Program-made: the position numbers and the translations under genes | The notes under the pieces: generated by a model | The model's database searches: none | What the model was told of the DNA's origin: nothing | The model's input: only the letters and a program-made list of their open reading frames with translations | IMG/VR virus record: IMGVR_UViG_3300035498_000844 | Location: 1-64,000 of that record | Strand: one strand, 5' to 3' | Length of the DNA stretch: 64,000 nt | Source: a virus | Lineage: Duplodnaviria > Caudoviricetes | Shown: positions 1 to 7,688 of the stretch, piece after piece | Position numbering within the stretch: position 1 is the first letter of the stretch | Layout: every line of letters starts with the position of its first letter

Positions 1-261
1 AGAAAAAAGTTTATCGTGAATTTCCCTATGGCAATTCGCACAAACCAAAATACATTTTTTTACTTCTACTAAATCTTTTTCCAAATCATGGCAAGTTCCA
101 TTAGAAGAAATACCATATAATTTTTCTTCAGCATTGATATGATGAAATTCTAAAGCTGAATTAATCTTATGATAACCACATATATTACACTGATTACCAC
201 ATACTTTAATCAAATTATCTTTTCTTCTTTTTCTATAATTACTTGTTTCTGTTGCACCCAT
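1..261 (-). CDS. HNH homing endonuclease, N-terminal part (continues off the window); lies inside a probable tRNA intron
   Basis: Not in the ORF track. ATG at 261 with GGAG SD. Translates MGATETSNYRKRRKDNLIKVCGNQCNICGYHKINSALEFHHINAEEKLYGISSNGTCHDLEKDLVEVKKCILVCANCHREIHDKLFS: CxxC..LEFHH..C.LVCANCHREIH Zn-finger HNH signature. Confidence 0.9.
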   Translation of the reverse strand, partial: MGATETSNYRKRRKDNLIKVCGNQCNICGYHKINSALEFHHINAEEKLYGISSNGTCHDLEKDLVEVKKCILVCANCHREIHDKLFS

Positions 262-364
262 ATTTTCGCTCCTTTATTTTTCATATATAATATGAAAAAT
301 AAACCAATATGGTTAATTACTGTTGTCCAATGTTCATTTATGCTACTTAACACCATTTTCGCAC
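1..364 (-). mobile_element. Probable group I intron (5' part) in a tRNA anticodon loop, carrying an HNH ORF
   Basis: P1-like helix GCUGU/AUGGU places a U33.G pair at the junction and an HNH ORF follows. The catalytic core and 3' splice site would lie outside the window. Confidence 0.6.
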
Positions 365-397
365 AGCCGCGTGCTCTACCTGTTGAGCTACTAGCCA
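365..397 (-). tRNA. tRNA 5' exon (positions 1-33), probably tRNA-Asn(GTT), interrupted by an intron
   Basis: TGGCTAG-TA-GCTC-AACAGGTA-GAGC-A-CGCGG-CT gives the acceptor 5' strand, a full D arm and the anticodon 5' stem; tRNA sequence then stops. sigmaA promoter just upstream (about 422-450). 3' exon not in the window. Confidence 0.75.
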
Positions 398-628
398 AAA
401 TTTTTATTTCTTATATTATGTATTATATCATAATTTTTTTAAAAAATCAATTTAAGACTTTTGATAAGAATTTTTTCCTAACAACTATAATAAAGACCTT
501 GGCGCAAAAACTCAACCCCCTTATTATGTAAAGGTTTCTGGTTTGAAAAATCTTTATAAGAAATAATACTACAAACCTTTTTGTTCTTATTCCTTTCTTA
601 TCATATAAATATTATATCAAAAAATTTT

Positions 629-949
629 TTAAAAATCAAATTGATTTTTATAACCATAGTGAAGAAGTAAATTTTCAATATTTTCTTTTCCAACAATATT
701 CATTGAATGACACTTAAAGCCATCAATAGAAATACCTTTTTCTACAATATACTTAGCAATATCATATCCAGATTTTTTACTTCCAAGATCATGATCTAAA
801 GAAATATATAAATCTCTAACTCCGTTCTCATGTTCAAGAGTATAAATTGCTTCTTTATAATTTCTACAAATTTTTATAAGCGGAAAATATTTTTTAAATT
901 CCTTTGGACAGTCTCTCTCATCATCAACAAAAATTAACATCTTTTCCAT
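629..949 (-). CDS. Cyclic-phosphate-processing receiver-like domain protein
   Basis: LIFVDDER, ISLDHDLG, SGYDIAKYIV and HSMNIVG motifs of this stand-alone receiver family; own promoter. Confidence 0.75.
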   Translation of the reverse strand: MEKMLIFVDDERDCPKEFKKYFPLIKICRNYKEAIYTLEHENGVRDLYISLDHDLGSKKSGYDIAKYIVEKGISIDGFKCHSMNIVGKENIENLLLHYGYKNQFDF

Positions 950-1020
950 AACAGAATATTTTTCCTTTCTTTATATAAATATTATATAATAATTTTTATA
1001 TAAAATCAAAGGGAAAAAAT

Positions 1021-1512
1021 CTATTTAAATTGATGATCTTGGATTTGCAATTTACATCCTTTAACTCGCCTACTAAAATATAAATAGTTACTCATTTCAT
1101 ATATAGTTCCATTATAACTTACAGAAGTATTACCTTCTAAAGCATATTTTGCAGCTTCTATACATGATTCAGGAAGTTCTCCATTGTCATATTTCTTTAA
1201 AGCTTTATTTAAAGCTCCATTTTTTACTGGGCTAAATTGACCCTTTTCATAAATAACATCATATACTGAATTTCTAAATTCAGTAGAATTGATTCTATTC
1301 ATTACTACAATTCCTACAGCTTGCTGTCCCGCTATACATTGATTACCAGCTTCCGCAAATATAATTGATGTCATATATCTTAAATCAGTTTCATCAAAGT
1401 GCGCGGTTTCTAACTCAGTGGTAACTTCAGTTGGGACTTCCGCAGCCATAACAGGGGTCGCCGCAATTAAACACGATATAACAATAGCTCCTAAATACTT
1501 TCTTAGTTTCAT
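1021..1512 (-). CDS. SleB-like cell wall hydrolase (Hydrolase_2) with signal peptide
   Basis: IIFAEAGNQ..GQQAVGIVVMNRINS..F.NSVYDVIYEKGQFSPV, C-terminal HQFK; hydrophobic N-terminus ending VMA. Confidence 0.9.
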   Translation of the reverse strand: MKLRKYLGAIVISCLIAATPVMAAEVPTEVTTELETAHFDETDLRYMTSIIFAEAGNQCIAGQQAVGIVVMNRINSTEFRNSVYDVIYEKGQFSPVKNGALNKALKKYDNGELPESCIEAAKYALEGNTSVSYNGTIYEMSNYLYFSRRVKGCKLQIQDHQFK

Positions 1513-1695
1513 CTGTTGTTTTCATACCTTTCTTCTTAATGTTTTGCGAAATTCTCAAAACCTATACAAGAACAAGTAGAAAATAATAAAAAGTTAATAT
1601 TTTCTATAATAGATTCCCAATAATCAGAAGGGTATCTTTCTCTAATCCAAGCTCTCTCACAACTTGAATCGCCTGTTCTAATCTCTTGTTAAATG

Positions 1696-1962
1696 CTATT
1701 TTCTTACACACCATTTGCGCCATTTTTGATACCACTCTTCAAGAGTATATTTTTCATAATAATGCGCCCATTCATAATATGTTTTTTTAGCATCTTCCCA
1801 AGTCCAAATGTACTTCCACGTATTCCAATGCTTATCATGCCGCTTATACGCGCTACCTTTTGGGATTTTCGCAAGCTTATCACGTCTAAGTTTTCTGTTT
1901 AGATAATGATAATCTTCTTTTTCTTGAATAATAAAATAATTATGCTTATAAGATCGACTCAT
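1696..1962 (-). CDS. Small basic, Trp-rich hypothetical protein (MSRSYK...)
   Basis: 88-aa ORF with AGGAGG SD. Confidence 0.75.
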   Translation of the reverse strand: MSRSYKHNYFIIQEKEDYHYLNRKLRRDKLAKIPKGSAYKRHDKHWNTWKYIWTWEDAKKTYYEWAHYYEKYTLEEWYQKWRKWCVRK

Positions 1963-2075
1963 ATATAATACCTCCTAACAAAAAGCATTACATAATAATC
2001 ATTCTCTTTTAAAAAATTTATTTTTATTTCAAAGTAAATAAATGCTTTTGTCCTTTTGTAAATAAAAATAAATAA

Positions 2076-2201
2076 TTGCTAGAGTAGGATTCGAACCTAC
2101 AATTTAGGGATTTTCCTTTTAAAAAATATAATTGCTGGATAAATCTTTTTCAAGAATCCTTTTATTTATATCCCTGCGTTTGCCAATTACGCCATCTAGC
2201 A
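2076..2201 (-). ncRNA. tRNA-like RNA with a 58-nt anticodon loop
   Basis: Acceptor TGCTAGA/TCTAGCA, D arm GCGT-AATTGGCAA-ACGC, anticodon stem GGGAT/ATCCC, T arm GTAGG-TTCGAAT-CCTAC; loop 2112-2169. Confidence 0.8.
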
Positions 2202-2203
2202 AA

Positions 2204-2291
2204 TACGAGCACTGGGATTCGAACCCAGACTATGCCTTGTGAGGGTCTTCGCTTTATAAGAACTCGGCTTTAACCATTAAGCTATGCTCGC
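2204..2291 (-). tRNA. Non-canonical tRNA, possibly Ile(TAT); weak anticodon stem and long extra arm
   Basis: Acceptor GCGAGCA/TGCTCGT, D arm GCTT-AATGGTTA-AAGC, T arm CTGGG-TTCGAAT-CCCAG; loop CTTATAA closed by only about 3 pairs. Confidence 0.65.
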
Positions 2292-2294
2292 ATA

Positions 2295-2490
2295 ATCCTA
2301 CTAAAGCTTAGCACTTTATTCTTGCAGGTAGTTTTTGATGAGAATTTCGCTCATGGAAGGTTTTTTCTTTCTACGTTCTTCGGGTTTTCAATCTACTTAT
2401 CACCTTAAACAGGGCAACCCGCTTACTAAGACCTTTCAACATAACGCGCACCGACTAGTTTAAAGACTCCATTCGGACTGTCTCTTAATT
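2295..2490 (-). ncRNA. Candidate structured ncRNA leader upstream of the tRNA pair
   Basis: Follows a sigmaA promoter (about 2510-2538); no SD-led ORF; visibly GC-richer; several helices found by eye. Confidence 0.4.
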
Positions 2491-2544
2491 TTTTATAACT
2501 TATATAAATATTATATCATAATATTTTTAAAAAATCAAAAATCT

Positions 2545-2750
2545 CTTAGTTCGGTAAGTTTTTGCTAGTCAAGAGAAAACTAATAGATTAACGCACTACA
2601 TGACGTTTGACTAATAAAATATTCATAAAACATTTTATTGTTCTGAAATTGGATACTTCACCAACAACATCCAATGCTGTATACTTATATATTCTAAGCC
2701 TATAAGCAGCTAAAACGATTTACATATTTTTATTGTAAATTCTTATTATA
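2545..2750 (-). ncRNA. Candidate multi-hairpin ncRNA
   Basis: No ORF; hairpins TTGGATG/TATCCAA, AATAAAATGTT/AATATTTTATT, TAGTCAA/TTGACTA. Confidence 0.35.
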
Positions 2751-2759
2751 TTTAAAAAA

Positions 2760-3050
2760 TTAAATAATAAAATTAACCTTTCTTGACACAGAATTTATAT
2801 ATCTTACATATTTATTGCAATCTATCTCTTTTTCCCAATAGAAAATAAGCACATCAGTATCTTTATTATAACTTACGATAGTAGCATTATACTGATTTTT
2901 TAACAAAAGAATATAGTCTGTCAATGAAATATTCAGCAATCGCGCGGGAATCCACCATTTTGCGGAAATCTCTGATAATTTTGTAACATCATTACAATAC
3001 CAGTGATCCGATCCAGATTTCCATTTGCTCACTTTATACTGATGTGCCAT
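2760..3050 (-). CDS. Hypothetical protein
   Basis: 96-aa ORF, GGAG SD, operon context. Confidence 0.75.
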   Translation of the reverse strand: MAHQYKVSKWKSGSDHWYCNDVTKLSEISAKWWIPARLLNISLTDYILLLKNQYNATIVSYNKDTDVLIFYWEKEIDCNKYVRYINSVSRKVNFII

Positions 3051-3061
3051 ATAAGCTCTCC

Positions 3062-3397
3062 TTAAAGATTCAATTTTTTAATCAGGGCTGCTACATTAGC
3101 CTTTTCTTCTGCGGTTGGCTCTAGTCCAATGTTGCTAGTAGTCGTGCTTTCCGCATCATCCCATGGAAGATCTACGTCTGTACTTTTTGTTACTGTAATC
3201 TTAGCTCCTGGAATTGCAGCATCTCCATCTGGTTCTACATTAGTTTTTGCGCAAGTAAGACTAACTTTGATCTGTAAATTTTCTCCATTTTCAACTCCAG
3301 GAATTCGAATCTCTTTGTCATATCTAAAAGCTCCTGGGAACGTTTCCAAAATAGCTTTAATAATATCTTCTTTTAAGAAGCTCCCCTTTGCCGCCAT
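3062..3397 (-). CDS. Hypothetical protein
   Basis: 111-aa ORF, GAGG SD. Confidence 0.8.
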   Translation of the reverse strand: MAAKGSFLKEDIIKAILETFPGAFRYDKEIRIPGVENGENLQIKVSLTCAKTNVEPDGDAAIPGAKITVTKSTDVDLPWDDAESTTTSNIGLEPTAEEKANVAALIKKLNL

Positions 3398-3401
3398 AGA
3401 T

Positions 3402-3617
3402 TTAATCCTCCTCTTTTCTTACTAGATCATTCTCAGCAAAATCATAAACACTATCACTATCAGTTTCCCAAACTTCTATTGTGAGTATAGAATTATATTG
3501 ATCTTCAATTTTATTTACAGCTTCACTATAACTACTAGCATATGCTACACCATGAGCTTCTTCTTCATTATGGTCAACTAAATAAAACAGCTTATATTCA
3601 TAAAAATAACTTTCCAT
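3402..3617 (-). CDS. Small acidic hypothetical protein
   Basis: 71-aa ORF with own promoter and SD. Confidence 0.75.
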   Translation of the reverse strand: MESYFYEYKLFYLVDHNEEEAHGVAYASSYSEAVNKIEDQYNSILTIEVWETDSDSVYDFAENDLVRKEED

Positions 3618-3680
3618 ATAAAATTCCTTTCTATTTTCTTTTTATATAAATATTATATTATAAATTTTATAAAAAATCAA

Positions 3681-4502
3681 TTATTTAGAAAGATCCTTAA
3701 TCATAAGATTTTTTTCTTTTAAAACCATAGAAAGATCTTCTATAGATTTACAGATCTTGCATGGATGTCCCTTAAGACAACGCTTTCCACATCTTATACG
3801 CCATTCCGCAAAAATTGGCAAAATAAACCTACTATCTATTTCACCATCAAAGCCAATAATAACTTCTTTAAGTGGTCCAAACCATGCTTTATCAATAGCA
3901 TAAATCTTATAATAAGTTTCAATTGAATCTTCTTTTCCTAAAAACTCCATTACATCTACATATGGTTCATATGTCTCAACATCATCTGGGCGAATAAAAA
4001 ATTTCATAAGTGCAGGAGTTTTAGTCCATGAAGATTGTGCTATATTTGGAAAAACTCTAACTTGAGTTCCATATGCATGTGCGGCTTCCGCAACTTGATT
4101 TAATTCAAAACCTAGTTCTTCTACTATGTATATATCAGATACACCAAGAAAAAGAAATCCCCAAAGAGTATCCCAATTGTCAACAAAGTCACTAAAAAAA
4201 ACTTTATGTTTAATTTCACTATTATGAATTATTTCATAGACCTCTTTAGATATATAATATTCCGTCAATTTAAAAGCAAAATCTAGTTCAGGATGTTCTT
4301 TTTTTAAAGCGTTAAAAAATTTAATAGAGTTATTTTTAATAAAATCAGCTTCATCTTTGATAAAAAGATTAATTCTCTGATCTTTGTGCTCTTGCATGAA
4401 CTGAACTAAGCTAGTATCAGTTCTGTTATATACTATTGTAAGTTCACTTACTTCATTATAGTATTTATTATTTTTTCTTGTATAATTCAAACAGAATTTC
4501 AT
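3681..4502 (-). CDS. U32-peptidase-like (TrhP/RlhA superfamily-like) protein, tentative
   Basis: FFIRPDDVETYEPYVDVMEF motif and Cys-rich C-terminus CGKRCLKGHPCKIC; start moved to the SD-led ATG at 4502. The ORF is solid; the family call is recalled, not searched. Confidence 0.45.
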   Translation of the reverse strand: MKFCLNYTRKNNKYYNEVSELTIVYNRTDTSLVQFMQEHKDQRINLFIKDEADFIKNNSIKFFNALKKEHPELDFAFKLTEYYISKEVYEIIHNSEIKHKVFFSDFVDNWDTLWGFLFLGVSDIYIVEELGFELNQVAEAAHAYGTQVRVFPNIAQSSWTKTPALMKFFIRPDDVETYEPYVDVMEFLGKEDSIETYYKIYAIDKAWFGPLKEVIIGFDGEIDSRFILPIFAEWRIRCGKRCLKGHPCKICKSIEDLSMVLKEKNLMIKDLSK

Positions 4503-4570
4503 ATATTCTAGCTCCTTTATATGCAAATAAGGGATGGCGAAACCATCCCTTAAAGTTTCATTGGATTGGA

Positions 4571-4945
4571 TTAAGCAATCTTATAGGTTGTAACCTTCTT
4601 GCCATCAACCTTAGCCATGTCCTTCTCAATCTCACCTGCTTTAACAAGCTGGGTTAAACGAGCAACAACCTTCTGGCGTGTTGCATCTGGGTCTTCAATC
4701 TGAGCGACAATCTCATCTACAGTCTGCGCCTCTGCGGTAATAACTGCCAAAACCGCTGCACGAAGGTCATCTCCTTCAACTTTCTTAGCTGCAGCTCTCT
4801 CCTGTGCTTTAGCTGCCTTTGCCGCGAGTAACTCTACCTGTTTGTCAATAAACTCGATAGCGCCGTCTTTCTGATCACTTTCAGAATCCTCTACGATATC
4901 TCTAATTACATCAAACCAATCTTTCTTTGTCATTTTGTCTGCCAT
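4571..4945 (-). CDS. MTKKDW-family protein with C-terminal winged helix (paralog 1)
   Basis: MTKKDWF..FIDKQVELL; QTVDEIV..TRQKVVARLTQLVKAGEIEK winged-helix pattern; similar to 14975 and 18464. Confidence 0.75.
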   Translation of the reverse strand: MADKMTKKDWFDVIRDIVEDSESDQKDGAIEFIDKQVELLAAKAAKAQERAAAKKVEGDDLRAAVLAVITAEAQTVDEIVAQIEDPDATRQKVVARLTQLVKAGEIEKDMAKVDGKKVTTYKIA

Positions 4946-5045
4946 AGTTTTAATCTCCTTTTTTCTCATAAAAATTGTTTTTTCTTTATCTTATGTAAAT
5001 ATTATATCATAAAATTTTTTAAAAATCAATAGATGGGGTATTTTA

Positions 5046-5270
5046 CTAGATTCTTTTTTCTACCTCCCGCTTAATTAAACTTACTTCTGACGTAGTAGGA
5101 TAAAAACAATACTTATTAAAAATTTCATTCTGAAAGATAAAATTGTTAATATCAGATCCAGAATAATAAGCGTCTATAAACTCATTAATAATATCTAATA
5201 TTTTGTTTTTTCTATCTGTATCTAATAATCCTTCTTGCTCCGCCATATAAAGACCATAATCAAGTTTCAT
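5046..5270 (-). CDS. Hypothetical protein
   Basis: 74-aa ORF, TAATG-coupled to the upstream gene. Confidence 0.7.
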   Translation of the reverse strand: MKLDYGLYMAEQEGLLDTDRKNKILDIINEFIDAYYSGSDINNFIFQNEIFNKYCFYPTTSEVSLIKREVEKRI

Positions 5271-5545
5271 TACGCTATAGCTCCATTATTTTCTATCCAT
5301 TCTTCTTTAGAAACTTCTTCCCAGAAAAATTCGATATTAGAATAATAATTTTCTTCATCATCTTCATCTTCAAAATCATTTTCCCATCCTGTATAAAGAT
5401 AGGAATATGAATTAGCATTTTCTATTGCCAATTCATAAGCATATTCATCAATTTCCTCTTCGGTTGAGTCATCTTCAAAAGCTAAATATTTTTCTCCATC
5501 ACAACCACAATATTCATTTCCAAAATTAATTTTAATATATTTCAT
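5270..5545 (-). CDS. Very acidic small protein
   Basis: MKYIKINFG start; D/E runs such as DFEDEDDEENYY; TAATG coupling. Confidence 0.75.
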   Translation of the reverse strand: MKYIKINFGNEYCGCDGEKYLAFEDDSTEEEIDEYAYELAIENANSYSYLYTGWENDFEDEDDEENYYSNIEFFWEEVSKEEWIENNGAIA

Positions 5546-5856
5546 TATATTGCTTTGCCTTTCTTCCATTCTTCTTCAGATACATATTCATAATCAAACC
5601 AAATAGCTTGTTCATACATAATTTCTGCATTTCTACAAGCAAGTTCATAATCTTCTCCATTTTTATAATATTCTCGCGGTTCAAGATATCCAAGTCTTTC
5701 AAAAGTATCTGTATTAGCATGATTCCAGGCATCTTCCGCAGATACATAACAACAATGATTCTTTACATATCTATCATCAGAATCGTCATCAAAAGACAGA
5801 TATTTAACTTTATATTGCTTAATTGAAACTCCATACTCAAGCCTTACATATTTCAT
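5545..5856 (-). CDS. Acidic small protein, paralog of 5270-5545
   Basis: Shared MKY...KYL.F.DDS...E.VS.EEW pattern. Confidence 0.75.
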   Translation of the reverse strand: MKYVRLEYGVSIKQYKVKYLSFDDDSDDRYVKNHCCYVSAEDAWNHANTDTFERLGYLEPREYYKNGEDYELACRNAEIMYEQAIWFDYEYVSEEEWKKGKAI

Positions 5857-5923
5857 TATTATGCCTTCTTTCTTTTTATATTATTATTTTATCAAAATTT
5901 TTATTAAAAATCAAAAAAGAGAG

Positions 5924-6301
5924 CTATTCGCTCTCCTTCTCATTAATAACTTTATCTACACTATTTACTATATAATCTATAATATCTGTTACAGAATTAC
6001 CCGCTGCTTGAATGTTATTTGGTGTAACAATAGAAGCTACCATCATTTTATACATAGTTGCTTCTGATGGCATTAAAATTGCAATAAAAATAAATATTGT
6101 ACTTGTAATAACTAATTTTTTAATATTTTTAAGGTGCCATGTCATATCTTTTATTCTATTTTCAATCTTAGCTGCTCCCGCTACTATAAACCAACAAATT
6201 GCAATACTTAAAATAATACCGCCAAATAACCCCACGGCTTCTTTTAAATTAGAAGCAACATTAATAAAATAAAAATATAATGGATTAATAATTGGTTTCA
6301 T
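5924..6301 (-). CDS. Membrane hypothetical protein
   Basis: Two hydrophobic segments; ILMPSEATMYKMMVASIVTPNN motif. Confidence 0.75.
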   Translation of the reverse strand: MKPIINPLYFYFINVASNLKEAVGLFGGIILSIAICWFIVAGAAKIENRIKDMTWHLKNIKKLVITSTIFIFIAILMPSEATMYKMMVASIVTPNNIQAAGNSVTDIIDYIVNSVDKVINEKESE

Positions 6302-6660
6302 TAATTATCCCCTTTCTGGCGCAAATCACTCATTTTAACAATGGCGGTAACCTCTTCATTACTAAGATCTGGATCAATAATACTAACAGCATCATATAAG
6401 TCCATTTCAGCACCAGCCGCATATTTTAAAAAGTATGCAATATCATGTTCGCATTCACCGGTAGCTTGCGCAATTGTTTCTACAAGTTCATATGAAATTG
6501 CATTATTTTTGCACATATTTTGAACATTATAATGTGTTAAATCGAATAAAAAAAATGATAATCCAAAAAGTATTAATGATAATACAACTTTTAAAACAGA
6601 ATTTGTTAAGTATATAATACCAAAGATAATCATAATTATAAATATTAAAATAAATTCCAC
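6301..6660 (-). CDS. Membrane hypothetical protein
   Basis: Two N-terminal hydrophobic segments; GGAG SD. Confidence 0.7.
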   Translation of the reverse strand: MEFILIFIIMIIFGIIYLTNSVLKVVLSLILFGLSFFLFDLTHYNVQNMCKNNAISYELVETIAQATGECEHDIAYFLKYAAGAEMDLYDAVSIIDPDLSNEEVTAIVKMSDLRQKGDN

Positions 6661-6851
6661 TGACTTTTCTCCTTTTTAATAATTTTATCAAGTTTTTTAG
6701 CTTTTAAGTTTTCTCTTGCTGGTTTTCCGCCTCTCACAGGGGAATATTCATCACAATGCTGACACTGCTTGTAAAAAGTTCCCTCGCGCCCTTTAGCGCA
6801 ACAACCTTCATACTGATAAAAGAAGCAAGCGATTTCTCTAGTTTTACTCAT
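6645..6851 (-). CDS. Small Cys-rich hypothetical protein
   Basis: C..Y....CAKG......CQHC pattern; GAGG SD before ATG 6851. Confidence 0.7.
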   Translation of the reverse strand: MSKTREIACFFYQYEGCCAKGREGTFYKQCQHCDEYSPVRGGKPARENLKAKKLDKIIKKEKSQWNLF

Positions 6852-6894
6852 TTTAAGCACCTCTCTTTTATTTTGATATTAAAAACACTTTTAA

Positions 6895-7602
6895 CTAAGA
6901 CGCATAACCACTATAATCAATTAATACTGGACGAGATCCAATATAGCCAAGATTCTCATTATGAAGATCACGGATTTCTGCATTTTTAATAAAAGACATA
7001 ATCTGATCAAATTTTTTTTCACCATAATATTCCAGTAAATCTGTTAACCAATCTCTATTAAAACATAAAAAATTTTTTTCTTCACATCTACTTATGACTC
7101 GACTCGTTTTTTCTTTTGTATACTTTTTGTATTCTCCATTTTCATACCTTTTATGTCTTCTATCCCAGAAAGTTTCTGCTCTTTCTTGAATATAAATAGG
7201 GTGTCCATTAATTTTACCAATAATTTTTGTTTTTGCAAAAGCTTTTTCAACATGATTTTTCTTAGCATCTTGGTATTCCATTACCTCTTTAAGGCAATAG
7301 TCCCAATTATTTATTCCATTATCTGCGCCAGAAAAATCTTCATAATATTCTTCTCCATCAACATATTCATCTGCATCTTCATCATACTCTTCTGTAGATG
7401 TTATAAAACCAGTATAGGGAATCTTAATAACAAAATTAGTACCACTTAAAATAATTACTAATTTAGTGGCGCCAAAGAAATAATTATAAGATAAATCTTT
7501 TGGCAGATGATCTAAAATATCATATTCAAAAGTATCTTCTGTTAGTTCCCCATTAAAAATACAATCTTTAAAAAGATTTAAAATATTTTCTGTTCTATCC
7601 AT
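6895..7602 (-). CDS. Protein-kinase-like fold protein
   Basis: GATKLV..VIKIP N-lobe, DLHNENLG catalytic loop, VLIDYSG (DFG-equivalent). Confidence 0.75.
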   Translation of the reverse strand: MDRTENILNLFKDCIFNGELTEDTFEYDILDHLPKDLSYNYFFGATKLVIILSGTNFVIKIPYTGFITSTEEYDEDADEYVDGEEYYEDFSGADNGINNWDYCLKEVMEYQDAKKNHVEKAFAKTKIIGKINGHPIYIQERAETFWDRRHKRYENGEYKKYTKEKTSRVISRCEEKNFLCFNRDWLTDLLEYYGEKKFDQIMSFIKNAEIRDLHNENLGYIGSRPVLIDYSGYAS

Positions 7603-7688
7603 AAAAATATCACCAATCCTTTTTTCTTTTATAAATATATTATATCATAAATTTTAATAAAAATAAAATAAGTTGCTTAAATAGCAAC

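Noticed and set aside
2112-2169. Self-splicing intron in the 58-nt anticodon loop
   Set aside because: Too short for a group I or II core, and no register restores a canonical loop. Kept only as a tRNA-like RNA.
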